A DNA stretch of 64,000 nt from an uncultured Actinomycetota bacterium (GCA_963743915.1 CAVURN010000005.1:384001-448000); one strand, 5' to 3'. Shown: positions 29,335 through 38,875, counted from the stretch's first letter. Notes: generated from the letters alone by a model not told the origin. Numbers and translations: made by a program.

Positions 29335-31509
29335 TCACCTCGTCGGAGCCATCCTGCTTGTCTTCGATACTGGCGTGATTGGCAGTTTGCCAACCAGTTC
29401 GTCGTCGTAGTCCTCCTCGCGCCACCCAAGGATTCGGTGCTCTCGAATGAATGGCAGTGGGGTGGCGGGATCCGCCTCATCAATCTCCCTGGCGAGGCGG
29501 TGTCCCTCGAAAACCGCCTCGGCAATCACGCGCGGCTCAACGCAGTCACCGATGCGGAAGACATCAATTCCGTCCTCCCCGGGCCGCTGGTCATGGCTTG
29601 TCAACGCCTCATACAACCCGCTCCGCGAACGACGCTGCGTGACGAGGACAACGGCATCTGCTTGCCAGTCCGCTGTCTTGCCGGCGTGGTATGTGTGATG
29701 TCCGGTGACCAGACCCGGCCGGAGGGATGTCACAAGGTGGCTTGGGACTACCTCGATGCCCAGTTTCAGCAGACCGTGCATCACACGCTCACCCTCGTCG
29801 GTGAAGAACAGGTACGATCCGACTTGGTCGGCCGGGCAGACCAGCGTGACCTTCTTTCCTTCCAAGGCCAGCTTCTCGGCGATGCTGGATCCCATGAAAT
29901 AGCCGTCGCAGTCGTAGACGACGACGGATTCCCCGAGAATCGGCCGTTCCTCAACCATGAGGGATTCGGGCGTGTACACCATGGCTGCGTGTTCTTCGAC
30001 CCCGTTGATCGGCGCGTGGGTGATCGGGTTCATGCCTGTCGCATCCCATTCGGAGCCGGTCGCGACCACAACGATCTGTGCCCCGTAATCCAAGACCTCC
30101 TCGGCGGTGATGGGGTGGTCGGTCAAGACCGTGACGCCAGGAAGCTTGGCGAGCTGAGCCTCGCGGTACTCCACGACGCGCCGCCACGTACGGAGTCCGG
30201 GCAACTCGGAAACCCAGTTGACATGGCCACCGACCTCGGCGGCCCTGTCGACGAGGTGAACTTGTTCAAACCCGCGCTCGCCCAGGACCCGGGCGCACTC
30301 CATACCAGCGGGGCCGGCCCCCACGATAAGTACTGGCTCCTCAGACCTGGCGGACGGATTGAATCGCTCCGGATGCCAGCCGCGGCGATACTCCTCGCCA
30401 ACCGTCGCATTTTGGGTGCACACGATCCGGCCGCCCCCGTTGTTGAACCGGGAAACGCAGATATTGCAGCCTATGCACTCGCGGATATCCTCAGCGCGGC
30501 CTTCCAGGATCTTTGTCGGAATGAAGGGGTCTGCGATGGCGGGACGCGCCGCAGAGATGATGTCGATGACGCCATCACTCACCGCCTGCGCCATCAGTTG
30601 CGGGTCGGTGAACCGGCCAACAGCGGTGATGGGTTTCTTGGCATAGGGCCGGACCTGCTCGATGTAGTCCCGCTGCCAGAATGGCTGGAAGAATCGGGAC
30701 GAACTGCAGTCGTCCGACATGTGTCCGACCTGCATGTCCCACAGGTCAACGAGGTCATCGAGAAGCTCGACAACAGCAATTCCATCCTCATTGACCTTGA
30801 ACGCCTCTTCTGACTCATCGGTGAATGAGTCAAGACAGAAGCCAGCCACAATCGCACAGTCGTCGCCGACGGCCGCACGCACCTGCTCGACCGTTTCACG
30901 CCAGAATCTGACGCGATTCTCGATGGAACCACCGTACTCATCCGTGCGCTGGTTCCAGTAGCGCCAGAGGAATTGCAGCGGCAACGAGAACCCCGCGCGG
31001 GCGGAGATCTGAACGAGATCAAATCCGACGTTGCGTGCGCGGATGGCGGCGTCGACGTATGCCTTCTGAATCCGACGGATATCCTGCTTATCCATGGCGT
31101 AGCACGAGTGGCCGGACAATGGACTCGTCACCTGGGAAGGCCCGCCGGCTGGGAGACGGGTCCCAAATCCGCTGTGGTCCGGTCCCATGTAGACCAGCTG
31201 AACGCCTGCCAAGGCCCCGAACTCATGGACCCGGTCCACCATGAGTTGCAGATTGGCCTCGTCGCGACGATCAATCAATCGAGCCTGAACCCATGGCGCA
31301 TCATCACTCTCCGCGTCGACAGCGCAGTACTCGGTGTTGACGGCGGCCCAGCCACCTTCTGCACGCAGGCCCCGCAGATAGGCCTGGGCCCCGGGGTGGT
31401 CCACTCCGAGCCCGGAACAGTGAGGCGAAACGTAGAAACGATTGCGGAAAGTCTTCGGCCCAACCCGGATGGGCTCAAAGAGGGGCAGGTGACTCGGGTC
31501 GGTTGTCAT
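29335..31509 (-). CDS. TMADH/histamine-dehydrogenase-family flavoprotein, copy A
   Basis: FRNRFYVSPHC, AEGGWAAVNTEYC, RTDEYGGSIENR, IRECIGCNIC..CTQNATVGEEYRRGWHPE. Confidence 0.92.
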   Translation of the reverse strand: MTTDPSHLPLFEPIRVGPKTFRNRFYVSPHCSGLGVDHPGAQAYLRGLRAEGGWAAVNTEYCAVDAESDDAPWVQARLIDRRDEANLQLMVDRVHEFGALAGVQLVYMGPDHSGFGTRLPAGGPSQVTSPLSGHSCYAMDKQDIRRIQKAYVDAAIRARNVGFDLVQISARAGFSLPLQFLWRYWNQRTDEYGGSIENRVRFWRETVEQVRAAVGDDCAIVAGFCLDSFTDESEEAFKVNEDGIAVVELLDDLVDLWDMQVGHMSDDCSSSRFFQPFWQRDYIEQVRPYAKKPITAVGRFTDPQLMAQAVSDGVIDIISAARPAIADPFIPTKILEGRAEDIRECIGCNICVSRFNNGGGRIVCTQNATVGEEYRRGWHPERFNPSARSEEPVLIVGAGPAGMECARVLGERGFEQVHLVDRAAEVGGHVNWVSELPGLRTWRRVVEYREAQLAKLPGVTVLTDHPITAEEVLDYGAQIVVVATGSEWDATGMNPITHAPINGVEEHAAMVYTPESLMVEERPILGESVVVYDCDGYFMGSSIAEKLALEGKKVTLVCPADQVGSYLFFTDEGERVMHGLLKLGIEVVPSHLVTSLRPGLVTGHHTYHAGKTADWQADAVVLVTQRRSRSGLYEALTSHDQRPGEDGIDVFRIGDCVEPRVIAEAVFEGHRLAREIDEADPATPLPFIREHRILGWREEDYDDELVGKLPITPVSKTSRMAPTR

Positions 31510-31651
31510 GGCCCTCAACCTAGCCATGCCCATCAGGTGCTTCCTTTCATGAGGTGCCGAATCTGACCCTGACAATTTGCGGATCTGCACTAGCAAGAAA
31601 TCGTCCGCGGTGATCCCACCTCAGGTGAGCGGGCTCAGGGATCAGCGAGGG

Positions 31652-32110
31652 TTATCCACGTTCATCGCCCATTGCCCATTCATAGCTCATCTGGACGAGT
31701 TGCCACACGACCTCGAGTTCAGCGCGATCCCGTGGACCGTAGACGAGAAAGGAGTCCTGAACTGGATGCGGTACGCCCCACCCGCCTCGGAGAGCGGCAT
31801 TTACTGCAGACCGAGGCAATGAAAGGTGGAGGCTGCCGTCGTGATGCGGATGCAAGTGCGCAAACTCTCGGCCCTTCTGAAAGCGTGCGGCAGGAGCTCG
31901 GCCGAACCCGTCGGCCAGGTGGAGGGCGCGAGCGTGCGACACGGAGACCAGCGTGGGAGCCATGTAGGTGAAGGGCAGGGAGCGCATCCTGAGCCACAGC
32001 TCTTCCTGCAGCATCACCGGAGCGATCTGCGACCGCTGTGCGTGCGGAGAAGACCCGATGACTTGCGGTGCCGGGCCGGTACGCATGGGGAACTCGCCGG
32101 ACGCGTCCAT
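31652..32110 (-). CDS. DUF5519 / luciferase-like domain protein
   Basis: PHAQRSQ, REFAHLHPHHDGSLHLSLP, GWGVPHP, VYGPRDRAELEVV. Confidence 0.75.
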   Translation of the reverse strand: MDASGEFPMRTGPAPQVIGSSPHAQRSQIAPVMLQEELWLRMRSLPFTYMAPTLVSVSHARALHLADGFGRAPAARFQKGREFAHLHPHHDGSLHLSLPRSAVNAALRGGWGVPHPVQDSFLVYGPRDRAELEVVWQLVQMSYEWAMGDERG

Positions 32111-32117
32111 GAGCCGC

Positions 32118-32726
32118 TCACCCACGACGAAGCCTTTGGGCGATGTCGATGACCCTCTCGGCGAGATGCGTGAGGGCTTCGGTCTGCGTGGCTTCCAGCG
32201 GATGGGGATCGGAAGTGCCGGTGACATGAGACACGCCATAGGGGTTTCCATCAACGAACTTCAGCGGTGCGGTGTATCCGGGTGGAACCAAGACACCTCC
32301 AAAGTGGTACACACTGTTGTACAGCGCAAGCAGTGTTGACTCTTGACCCCCGTGGGCCGTCTGACTCGAGGTGAACCCGGCGTACGCCTTGTCCGCTAAC
32401 TCGCCGCGCACCCAAGGCTGGCCCAAGGTGTCGAGGAACTGCTTCAACGGTCCGGCCACATTGCCGAACCGGGCCGGGGTTCCCAGGAGAACGCCATGCG
32501 CCCAAACGAGGTCATGGTGCGTAGCGACCTCGACATGTGTCGTAGCCTCGGAGTGCTCAACCCAGGCCGGGTTCTTTGCGATCGCCTCGCTCGGCGCCAA
32601 CTCTGCGGCCCGGCGCAATCGAACTTCAGCACCCGACGAACGTGCAGCATCCGCCAGGACCTGTGCCATGGCGTGAAGCGTGCCGGTTGCCGAGTAGTAA
32701 ACGATGGCCATCCTCGTTGACGACAT
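32118..32726 (-). CDS. wrbA: WrbA-type NAD(P)H:quinone oxidoreductase
   Basis: YYSATG, GTPARFGNV, SQTAHGGQESTL, GNPYGVS. Confidence 0.9.
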   Translation of the reverse strand: MSSTRMAIVYYSATGTLHAMAQVLADAARSSGAEVRLRRAAELAPSEAIAKNPAWVEHSEATTHVEVATHHDLVWAHGVLLGTPARFGNVAGPLKQFLDTLGQPWVRGELADKAYAGFTSSQTAHGGQESTLLALYNSVYHFGGVLVPPGYTAPLKFVDGNPYGVSHVTGTSDPHPLEATQTEALTHLAERVIDIAQRLRRG

Positions 32727-32859
32727 CTCCCTAGCCTTCTATCCACGGGGTAAGCAGTGTCGTCAAATCGTCGATGAACACCGGCTCAGGAGCATGCTGC
32801 TGATCGGTAGAAGTTGAGGTCCCGGTCTACTACACCTGCACACTTGCACCGCTGGACTT

Positions 32860-33981
32860 TCAGGCCCGGGCAAGCAGCTCCACCAAGTCCGAGAATGCGG
32901 CCAAAGAGTGTCCGGCGACGAAGTCGTCGACGTGCGGAAGGACGGCCCTCACCCCCCCTTGCACCGGCGCGTAACCCACCTTGCCGCGATGAGGATTGAC
33001 CCAGACCAAGCGGTGGGTCAGCCGATGAAGCCGAGCTATTTGCATTGCCAGCAAGGTGAGGTCACCGGTTTCCCACCCGTCACTGAACACCACGACCACG
33101 GCGCCGCGGGCCATGCCTCGCTGCCCCCAGTGATCCAAGAACGCCTTGATGTCATCACCCAATCGAGTACCACCAGCCCAATCGGGGACTGCCTGCCCAG
33201 CCGCCACCAGTGCCGCCTCCGGGTCATGAATCCGAAGCTCTCGTGTCAGGCGTGTAAGCCGGGTGCCGAGGGTAAAGACCTCGACATCTCCCCCCCTGCT
33301 GGCCGTCATGATCCGGTGAGACAGACGCAGGAGCGCATCGGCATAGCTGCTCATCGAGCCCGACACGTCGACGAGCAGTATTACCCGCCGAGGACGTGTC
33401 CCCCGCCGGCGCCACTCGACCGGCCCGGGTTCACCCATGCGGCGGAGCATCGTCCGCAGCGTGCGATGTGCATCCACCTCTCCCCGCCGCCACGTGATTC
33501 GGCGGTGCGTGAGTCGGCGCGGGGCGACCGGCTGCAACGTAGCCATCTGCGCGGCGAGTTCCGCCCTCTGCGATTCATTCAGCTCACCAACGTCACGATG
33601 CCGAAGAACCTCCGTGGCACTTGCCCTACCGGCAATCGGTTCGGCGTCGGGATCGGCGGCCGCGCAACCGTCTTCGTCCGGCAACAGCGAGGGAACGGGC
33701 TCATCGAACATGACCGGCTGCTCCGAGTCTTGCGGCCCTTCGCCGACTCGGAACCAGACGTCGAAGACCTGGTCGTAGCGAGCAAGGTCGCTGGGGCAGG
33801 TGCAAAGCGTCGCACGCCCTGCCCAGTACGTGGTCAGTCGGTCGGAGACACCGAGCAAAGCGACTGCCTCAAGCCACGCGCGAGACCGATCGACGGTGAC
33901 CGGCACCCCGGCGGCGCGCAATGCGCGAGCAAAGCCAAGCAGAAACTCGTCAGGCTGATGTTCGAAGTCCAGTGAGGTCAT
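32860..33981 (-). CDS. coxE: CoxE-like VWA-domain protein
   Basis: DVSGSMS (MIDAS), GGTRLG, FSDGWE, WVNPH. Confidence 0.9.
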   Translation of the reverse strand: MTSLDFEHQPDEFLLGFARALRAAGVPVTVDRSRAWLEAVALLGVSDRLTTYWAGRATLCTCPSDLARYDQVFDVWFRVGEGPQDSEQPVMFDEPVPSLLPDEDGCAAADPDAEPIAGRASATEVLRHRDVGELNESQRAELAAQMATLQPVAPRRLTHRRITWRRGEVDAHRTLRTMLRRMGEPGPVEWRRRGTRPRRVILLVDVSGSMSSYADALLRLSHRIMTASRGGDVEVFTLGTRLTRLTRELRIHDPEAALVAAGQAVPDWAGGTRLGDDIKAFLDHWGQRGMARGAVVVVFSDGWETGDLTLLAMQIARLHRLTHRLVWVNPHRGKVGYAPVQGGVRAVLPHVDDFVAGHSLAAFSDLVELLARA

Positions 33982-34865
33982 CAGACGGTCATCAGTTCGA
34001 CCGCGGCTGCCTGCACGCGAGATGTGTTCTCGCGATTCTTCACGATGGCGCCGACGGTCGCCGCAGCGGCTTCAACATCAAGATGTGCGACACCGAGCCG
34101 CTCGAGGGCCCGCGCCCAGTCGAGGGTCTCGACCAGACCTGGGGACTTCGGAAGCCCACTCCTGTGTCGCAGCTGGTGGACAACGTCGACCAACTGTCGG
34201 GCCAGGGTCTCGGAGACATTGGGCACACGATGGCGGACAATCGCAACCTCGCTTGCCAGACTCGGATGGTCCATCCAGTGATAGAGGCAACGTCGCCTGA
34301 GGGCGTGGTGCATCTCACGCGTGCTATTGGATGTGAGCACGACCACGGGAGGCAACGTCGCGGCGATCGTGCCTAGTTCTGGGATTCTCACCTGGTAGGT
34401 CGAGAGCACCTCCAAGAGCAAAGCTTCAAACTCTTCGTCCGCACGATCCACTTCGTCGATCAGCAGGATCGCCGGCGCTGCTCGGAGCGCATGGAGAATA
34501 GGCCTTGAGAGCAGATACTTTTCGTCGTACAGACACAGTCTGGCGTCCTCCACATTGGACCCATCAGACACCGCTTCGAGACTGCGCAGATGCAATATCT
34601 GGCGCGGAAAGTCCCAGGCGTAGAGCGCCTGGCTGGCTCCAACGCCCTGATAGCACTGGAGACGGAAAAGTGGCCAGCCCGTCGCGGTAGCGAGCGCCTC
34701 GGCGAAGGCGGTTTTGCCAGTGCCCGACTCCCCTTCGAGGAGAAGTGGACGCTGCATCTGGAGGCAAAGGAACGCTGCCGTCGCCAACCCCTCGTCGCAG
34801 AGGTATCCAGCATCACTGAGCAGTCGTGCGACGTCGGCCGGCCCTCCCAGCTCCAATGGATCCAT
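33981..34865 (-). CDS. coxD: CoxD-like MoxR AAA+ ATPase (intact copy)
   Basis: GESGTGKT, LIDEVDRADEEFEALLLE, ALRRRCLYHW. Confidence 0.88.
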   Translation of the reverse strand: MDPLELGGPADVARLLSDAGYLCDEGLATAAFLCLQMQRPLLLEGESGTGKTAFAEALATATGWPLFRLQCYQGVGASQALYAWDFPRQILHLRSLEAVSDGSNVEDARLCLYDEKYLLSRPILHALRAAPAILLIDEVDRADEEFEALLLEVLSTYQVRIPELGTIAATLPPVVVLTSNSTREMHHALRRRCLYHWMDHPSLASEVAIVRHRVPNVSETLARQLVDVVHQLRHRSGLPKSPGLVETLDWARALERLGVAHLDVEAAAATVGAIVKNRENTSRVQAAAVELMTV

Positions 34866-34875
34866 GCATTCCACG

Positions 34876-35436
34876 CTACAAGGTGGGGTGATCATCCGGC
34901 ATCGGCATGTCGACGTCGGTACCGGTGGCCAAGTCGAAACACTCCACCATTTCCACGGCATGAATTGCCAGATACCTGCGGGCGCCGCGGTCGCCCTCCG
35001 CCCTCTTGGCTACCTCCTTCCAGTGATCTCGGCCGATAAGTACTGGATGGCCGGGCACCCCCAAGTAGGACGCTCGTCGGAGGGTGCCAGTCGTCACCGT
35101 CCCAGTGAGCACCCGTCGAACGACGTCCGCTCCAACGTCAGGCAAGTCGACCAAAGACACCAGCGCCGCGTCGGCCGATTCCGGCAGCGCGGCCAACCCG
35201 GCCCGCAGCGAAGCACCGATCCCCTCGGCCCAGTCCAAGGCCACGATCTCCTCGACGTCAGCATCAAGGAGCAAACGCGCCTCGTCGGCCGCTGCCCCGA
35301 GTACAACGCTGACCGCGCCGCAGCCGCCGTCCCGCAGAGCGTCGATCGACCGAACCAGCCACTGGTCTACCAGCGCCTTTGGTCGACCCATTCGCCTTCC
35401 TGCCCCTGCCGCCAGGAGGAGGCCGTGGACGCACAT
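34876..35436 (-). CDS. mocA: Molybdenum cofactor cytidylyltransferase (MocA-like)
   Basis: LLAAGAGRRMGRPKAL, LVDLP, GHPVLIG, GDRGAR, DVD; lies next to MCD-dependent hydroxylase genes. Confidence 0.82.
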   Translation of the reverse strand: MCVHGLLLAAGAGRRMGRPKALVDQWLVRSIDALRDGGCGAVSVVLGAAADEARLLLDADVEEIVALDWAEGIGASLRAGLAALPESADAALVSLVDLPDVGADVVRRVLTGTVTTGTLRRASYLGVPGHPVLIGRDHWKEVAKRAEGDRGARRYLAIHAVEMVECFDLATGTDVDMPMPDDHPTL

Positions 35437-35504
35437 ACCGGCGAGTCTAGGTCGGCCTCAACCGAGCAACAACGGAGCCGCCAAGGGCCCACCCTCCGTT
35501 TGCG

Positions 35505-37973
35505 TCACTCACTGGTACGAGGTCTGCTTGACTTGGGGTCGTAGAGGGGCCGAAGGGATGCCAGGGCAGAAACTCTCCTTCCGCCGACCTCGATGGCATA
35601 GTCGCCATCGACAAACCACGACGAGTCAACGACTTCCGGAGCGCGGACCCAACCCAGGGCCACGGAGCCGCCTAAAGTGTGGCCGTACTGTGCGGACGTG
35701 ACCCTGCCCACGAGTCGATCATCTCGGAATATTGGCTCATCGTGGAACAGCATCGACTCAGGATCCTCGAGCAGGAACTGGACCAGGCGACGATGGATTG
35801 CAGCGTCGCGGGCACGACATAGCGCATCGCGACCGATGAAGCCTCCCGGCTTGTCCCATCGCACTGCGAATGACAACCCTGCCTCAAGGGGATTGTCACC
35901 GGAGGAAATGTCATGTCCCCAACTACGGTAGGCCTTCTCGAGCCGCAGTGAGTTCATCGCGTGATACCCGACCGGAGTTGGGGCTAGGTCAGAGTCCGCC
36001 TCAGTCAGTACGCTCCACACGTGACGGGCGATGTCCGCCGGGATCAGTAACTCCCATCCCAACTCTCCGACATAGGTAATCCGAGTAGCGCGAACATAAC
36101 CGAGCCCGAAATCAATTTCACGCGAGGCGCCGAACGGGAAAGCATCGTTGGAGAAGTCCGCGTCGGACAGCGACGCGAGGAGTCGTCGGGAGTCCGGACC
36201 CATGACAGCTAGCATCGCCAGTCCCGCGCCAACGTCTGCCACGGTGCACCGATCGTCCGCGGTGATGTTCCTCTTGAGATGCGCTAGGTCGCGACGGACT
36301 GTCGCAGGACCCGAGAGAACCAAGAACTCATCCTCAGCTACCCGGGTGACCGTTACATCCGCCTCTATGCCGCCATCTGCGTTGAGCCACTGCGTGTACG
36401 TGATCTGCCCTGGTTCGGTGTCCACGTCGTTGACTGAGAGTCGCTGAAGCACTTTGGTAGCGTCTCGACCCTGGACCAACAGCTTGCCGAATGATGAGGT
36501 GTCAATGAGTCCAACATGGTCCCGAATGGCCTTATGTTCCGCGGCAGACTCTTCAAACCAGTTAGGCCTTCCGAAGGAGTATTCATAGCGCCCCTCAATT
36601 CCATCTCGGGCGTACCAGTTGGCCCGCTCCCAACCGCCCAACTCACCAAACACGGCTCCTGCCGAGGCCGTCTGGTCGTACAGGACGCTTGTTCGCAGGG
36701 GTCGTGCGCTTTGTCTCTGCTGAAACGGCCAGTGAACTTCGTACGCAAGGTCGAGGGTCTCAACGACGCGTGCTTCGAGAAATCGACGATTCGTCTCATG
36801 GCGTTGGACTCGGGCCGGATCGGCCTCGGGAAGGTCGACCGGGCATCTCCCATCCACAAGCCAATCAGCCAGTACCGAGCCGACACCCGGCCCAGAGAGG
36901 AAGCCCACAGAATTGAAGCCGGCTGCCACGAAGTAGTTTCGAAGTGATGGCGCTTCACCTAGGTGAAACATGCCATCTGGCGTGAAGCTCTCCGGACCGC
37001 AGAAGTGCAGGCGGATACCGGCGTCCTCCAACACGGGCATGCGTCGAACCATTCTTTCGTAGAAATGGCCAAGATGCTCCCAGTCCTCCGGCAGTTGGAT
37101 GAATCCCCCACCTTCAGGGATGCCCCTCGATGCCCACGCGTAACTCCCGGGCTCGAAGAAGCCGATCATCAGTGCCCCGGCTTCATCCTTGACATAGGAG
37201 TACTCGTCACCACTCTTGACGGTAGGTAGATTCCGGGGCAATCCATCGATGGCCTCGGTGACGACGTAGTAGTGTGACAGCGCTTGCAGCGGGACGGCGA
37301 CACCGGACTGGCTGCCGAACTCCCTACCCCACATTCCTGTGGCATTTACCACGAACTCTGCTTCGATGTCTCCGGCAGTGGTTCGAACTCCTTTTGCAGC
37401 CCCGTCAACGGACAACACGTCAGTGACTCGGACCCCCTCGAAGGTTTTCGCTCCCCGCTGGCCAGCTCCTCGAGCCAGTGACATGACCGTGTCTGTAGCA
37501 CTGCCGCGTCCGTCACGCGGGTAATGGAGGCTGCCGAGAATCCCCTCTGGTTCAAGAAGGGGATGCATGGCCAGGGTCTCGTCCACGCTGAGCAGCTCAA
37601 CCTCGATGCCGTTGCTGCGAACTGCGCTTGCCTGGTGACGAAGCTCGTCGAGGCGCTCCGGTGACGTGGCAAGGTTGATCGTGCCTGTCTCGACGAAGCC
37701 AGTCGAGAATCCGGTGTCCTGCTCGAGCGACCGAAACACCTCAAGGCTGCGCTGCACGATCTCGCGTGTTCCCCAGGTTTCGCGCGCCTGTGTCACCAAA
37801 CCTGCGGCGTGCCAGGTCGTCCCCGACGTCAGACTATTCTGCTCGAGGAGCAGAACATCGCTCCACCCCCGACGGGCAAGGTGGTAGGCAGTGCTCGCAC
37901 CAACGATCCCGCCGCCGACGATCACTACCTGAGCCCTCTTCGGAACAGCTTGATCTGGCGAGTCTTCAGACAT
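35505..37973 (-). CDS. mabO: GcvT-family flavoprotein, probable 4-methylaminobutyrate oxidase (demethylating), MabO-like
   Basis: GGGIVG, SGTTWHAAG (His for covalent FAD), ESFTPD, GWERANW, LRLEKAY; substrate assigned from nicotine-cluster context. Confidence 0.65.
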   Translation of the reverse strand: MSEDSPDQAVPKRAQVVIVGGGIVGASTAYHLARRGWSDVLLLEQNSLTSGTTWHAAGLVTQARETWGTREIVQRSLEVFRSLEQDTGFSTGFVETGTINLATSPERLDELRHQASAVRSNGIEVELLSVDETLAMHPLLEPEGILGSLHYPRDGRGSATDTVMSLARGAGQRGAKTFEGVRVTDVLSVDGAAKGVRTTAGDIEAEFVVNATGMWGREFGSQSGVAVPLQALSHYYVVTEAIDGLPRNLPTVKSGDEYSYVKDEAGALMIGFFEPGSYAWASRGIPEGGGFIQLPEDWEHLGHFYERMVRRMPVLEDAGIRLHFCGPESFTPDGMFHLGEAPSLRNYFVAAGFNSVGFLSGPGVGSVLADWLVDGRCPVDLPEADPARVQRHETNRRFLEARVVETLDLAYEVHWPFQQRQSARPLRTSVLYDQTASAGAVFGELGGWERANWYARDGIEGRYEYSFGRPNWFEESAAEHKAIRDHVGLIDTSSFGKLLVQGRDATKVLQRLSVNDVDTEPGQITYTQWLNADGGIEADVTVTRVAEDEFLVLSGPATVRRDLAHLKRNITADDRCTVADVGAGLAMLAVMGPDSRRLLASLSDADFSNDAFPFGASREIDFGLGYVRATRITYVGELGWELLIPADIARHVWSVLTEADSDLAPTPVGYHAMNSLRLEKAYRSWGHDISSGDNPLEAGLSFAVRWDKPGGFIGRDALCRARDAAIHRRLVQFLLEDPESMLFHDEPIFRDDRLVGRVTSAQYGHTLGGSVALGWVRAPEVVDSSWFVDGDYAIEVGGRRVSALASLRPLYDPKSSRPRTSE

Positions 37974-38329
37974 GAATGAATCGTCTCCGTTGCGCGCACA
38001 GGGACTCTATGGGTCTTCCGGCGAATTCGTCGCAGAACTTGTTCGATCCCTCAGTGCCGGTGCCCTTCCACTCCCTGCGGGTGGATTTCAGTGTCGGGGT
38101 GTCCAACGCCAGACCACTGTGCGCCTGTCGCCCTCTGCCTAGCCACCAGCCCCGGCGATCCCGGTTCCACCCGACCTCCGACTGCAGCCAAAGCATTGCA
38201 CGTCGAAGCCCACGGCCAACGACCGGCGCGGCATCTCCAGGTATCGAGTGGACAGAGATAGACCGAGTTGGAGTGCGACACACCGAGCCCGAGGACGTCA
38301 CTACCTCTTGGGCCTCACGGAGCCGCGGC

Positions 38330-38660
38330 GGAGTCGACGGAACGGTCTACTCCTCGCCGCTGCGCACCGGCCTCACGGAACGGATCGACAAGAAGACCGC
38401 CGAGATCCGACCCGTACGCCAAGATCCCGCCCGCCACCTCTACGGGGAGGCCGGCCAAGTGGGGATGGCCTGGGGAACCAAGTTCGCCATCGCCTCGCTG
38501 CGCTCGCCGATGAGCGGTCACCGAGTCGTCCTCGGCGTCGAGCACGTCCCACCCCGCGGTGGCGGTGGCGAAGCCGTGAGATTCGTCGACCTGATGGTCG
38601 ACCTTGCCGGTCGGTCTCCGGGGAGCTCGGCACCCACGCCCGACATCAGCGTGCTCAGCG
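38330..38660 (+). pseudogene. Possible DDE transposase remnant
   Basis: DGTVYSSP...WGTKFAIASLRS...VVLGVEHV resembles an IS4/IS5-like N2/N3 region; no intact start or end. Confidence 0.3.
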
Positions 38661-38793
38661 CCGCGAAATCGCTGCCGGACAGGCCCCAGGAGTCGAACCG
38701 GCGCCAAAGTGGGCCTCTAGACTTGCTCCGCCTCGGTCCGGACAGATCGCGGCAGGGTCCAGCAGGTTTCCCACAAGGAATCCCGCACGTCCC

Positions 38794-38866
38794 GCCCTCG
38801 TAGCTCAGGGGATAGAGCAGCGGTTTCCTAAACCGTGTGTCGCAGGTTCGATTCCTGCCGGGGGCA
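38794..38866 (+). tRNA. tRNA-Arg(CCT)
   Basis: GCCCTCG acceptor stem pairs with CGGGGGC; D arm GCTC/GAGC; anticodon loop TTCCTAA; T arm GCAGG-TTCGATT-CCTGC; CCA not encoded. Confidence 0.96.
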
Positions 38867-38875
38867 CCGTGGTTT

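Noticed and set aside
29230-30813. 527-aa plus-strand ORF, and similar ones at 44434-46353, 47042-48505 and 59599-61170
   Set aside because: Shadow or alternate-frame ORFs over well-supported genes, expected in high-GC DNA; no motifs
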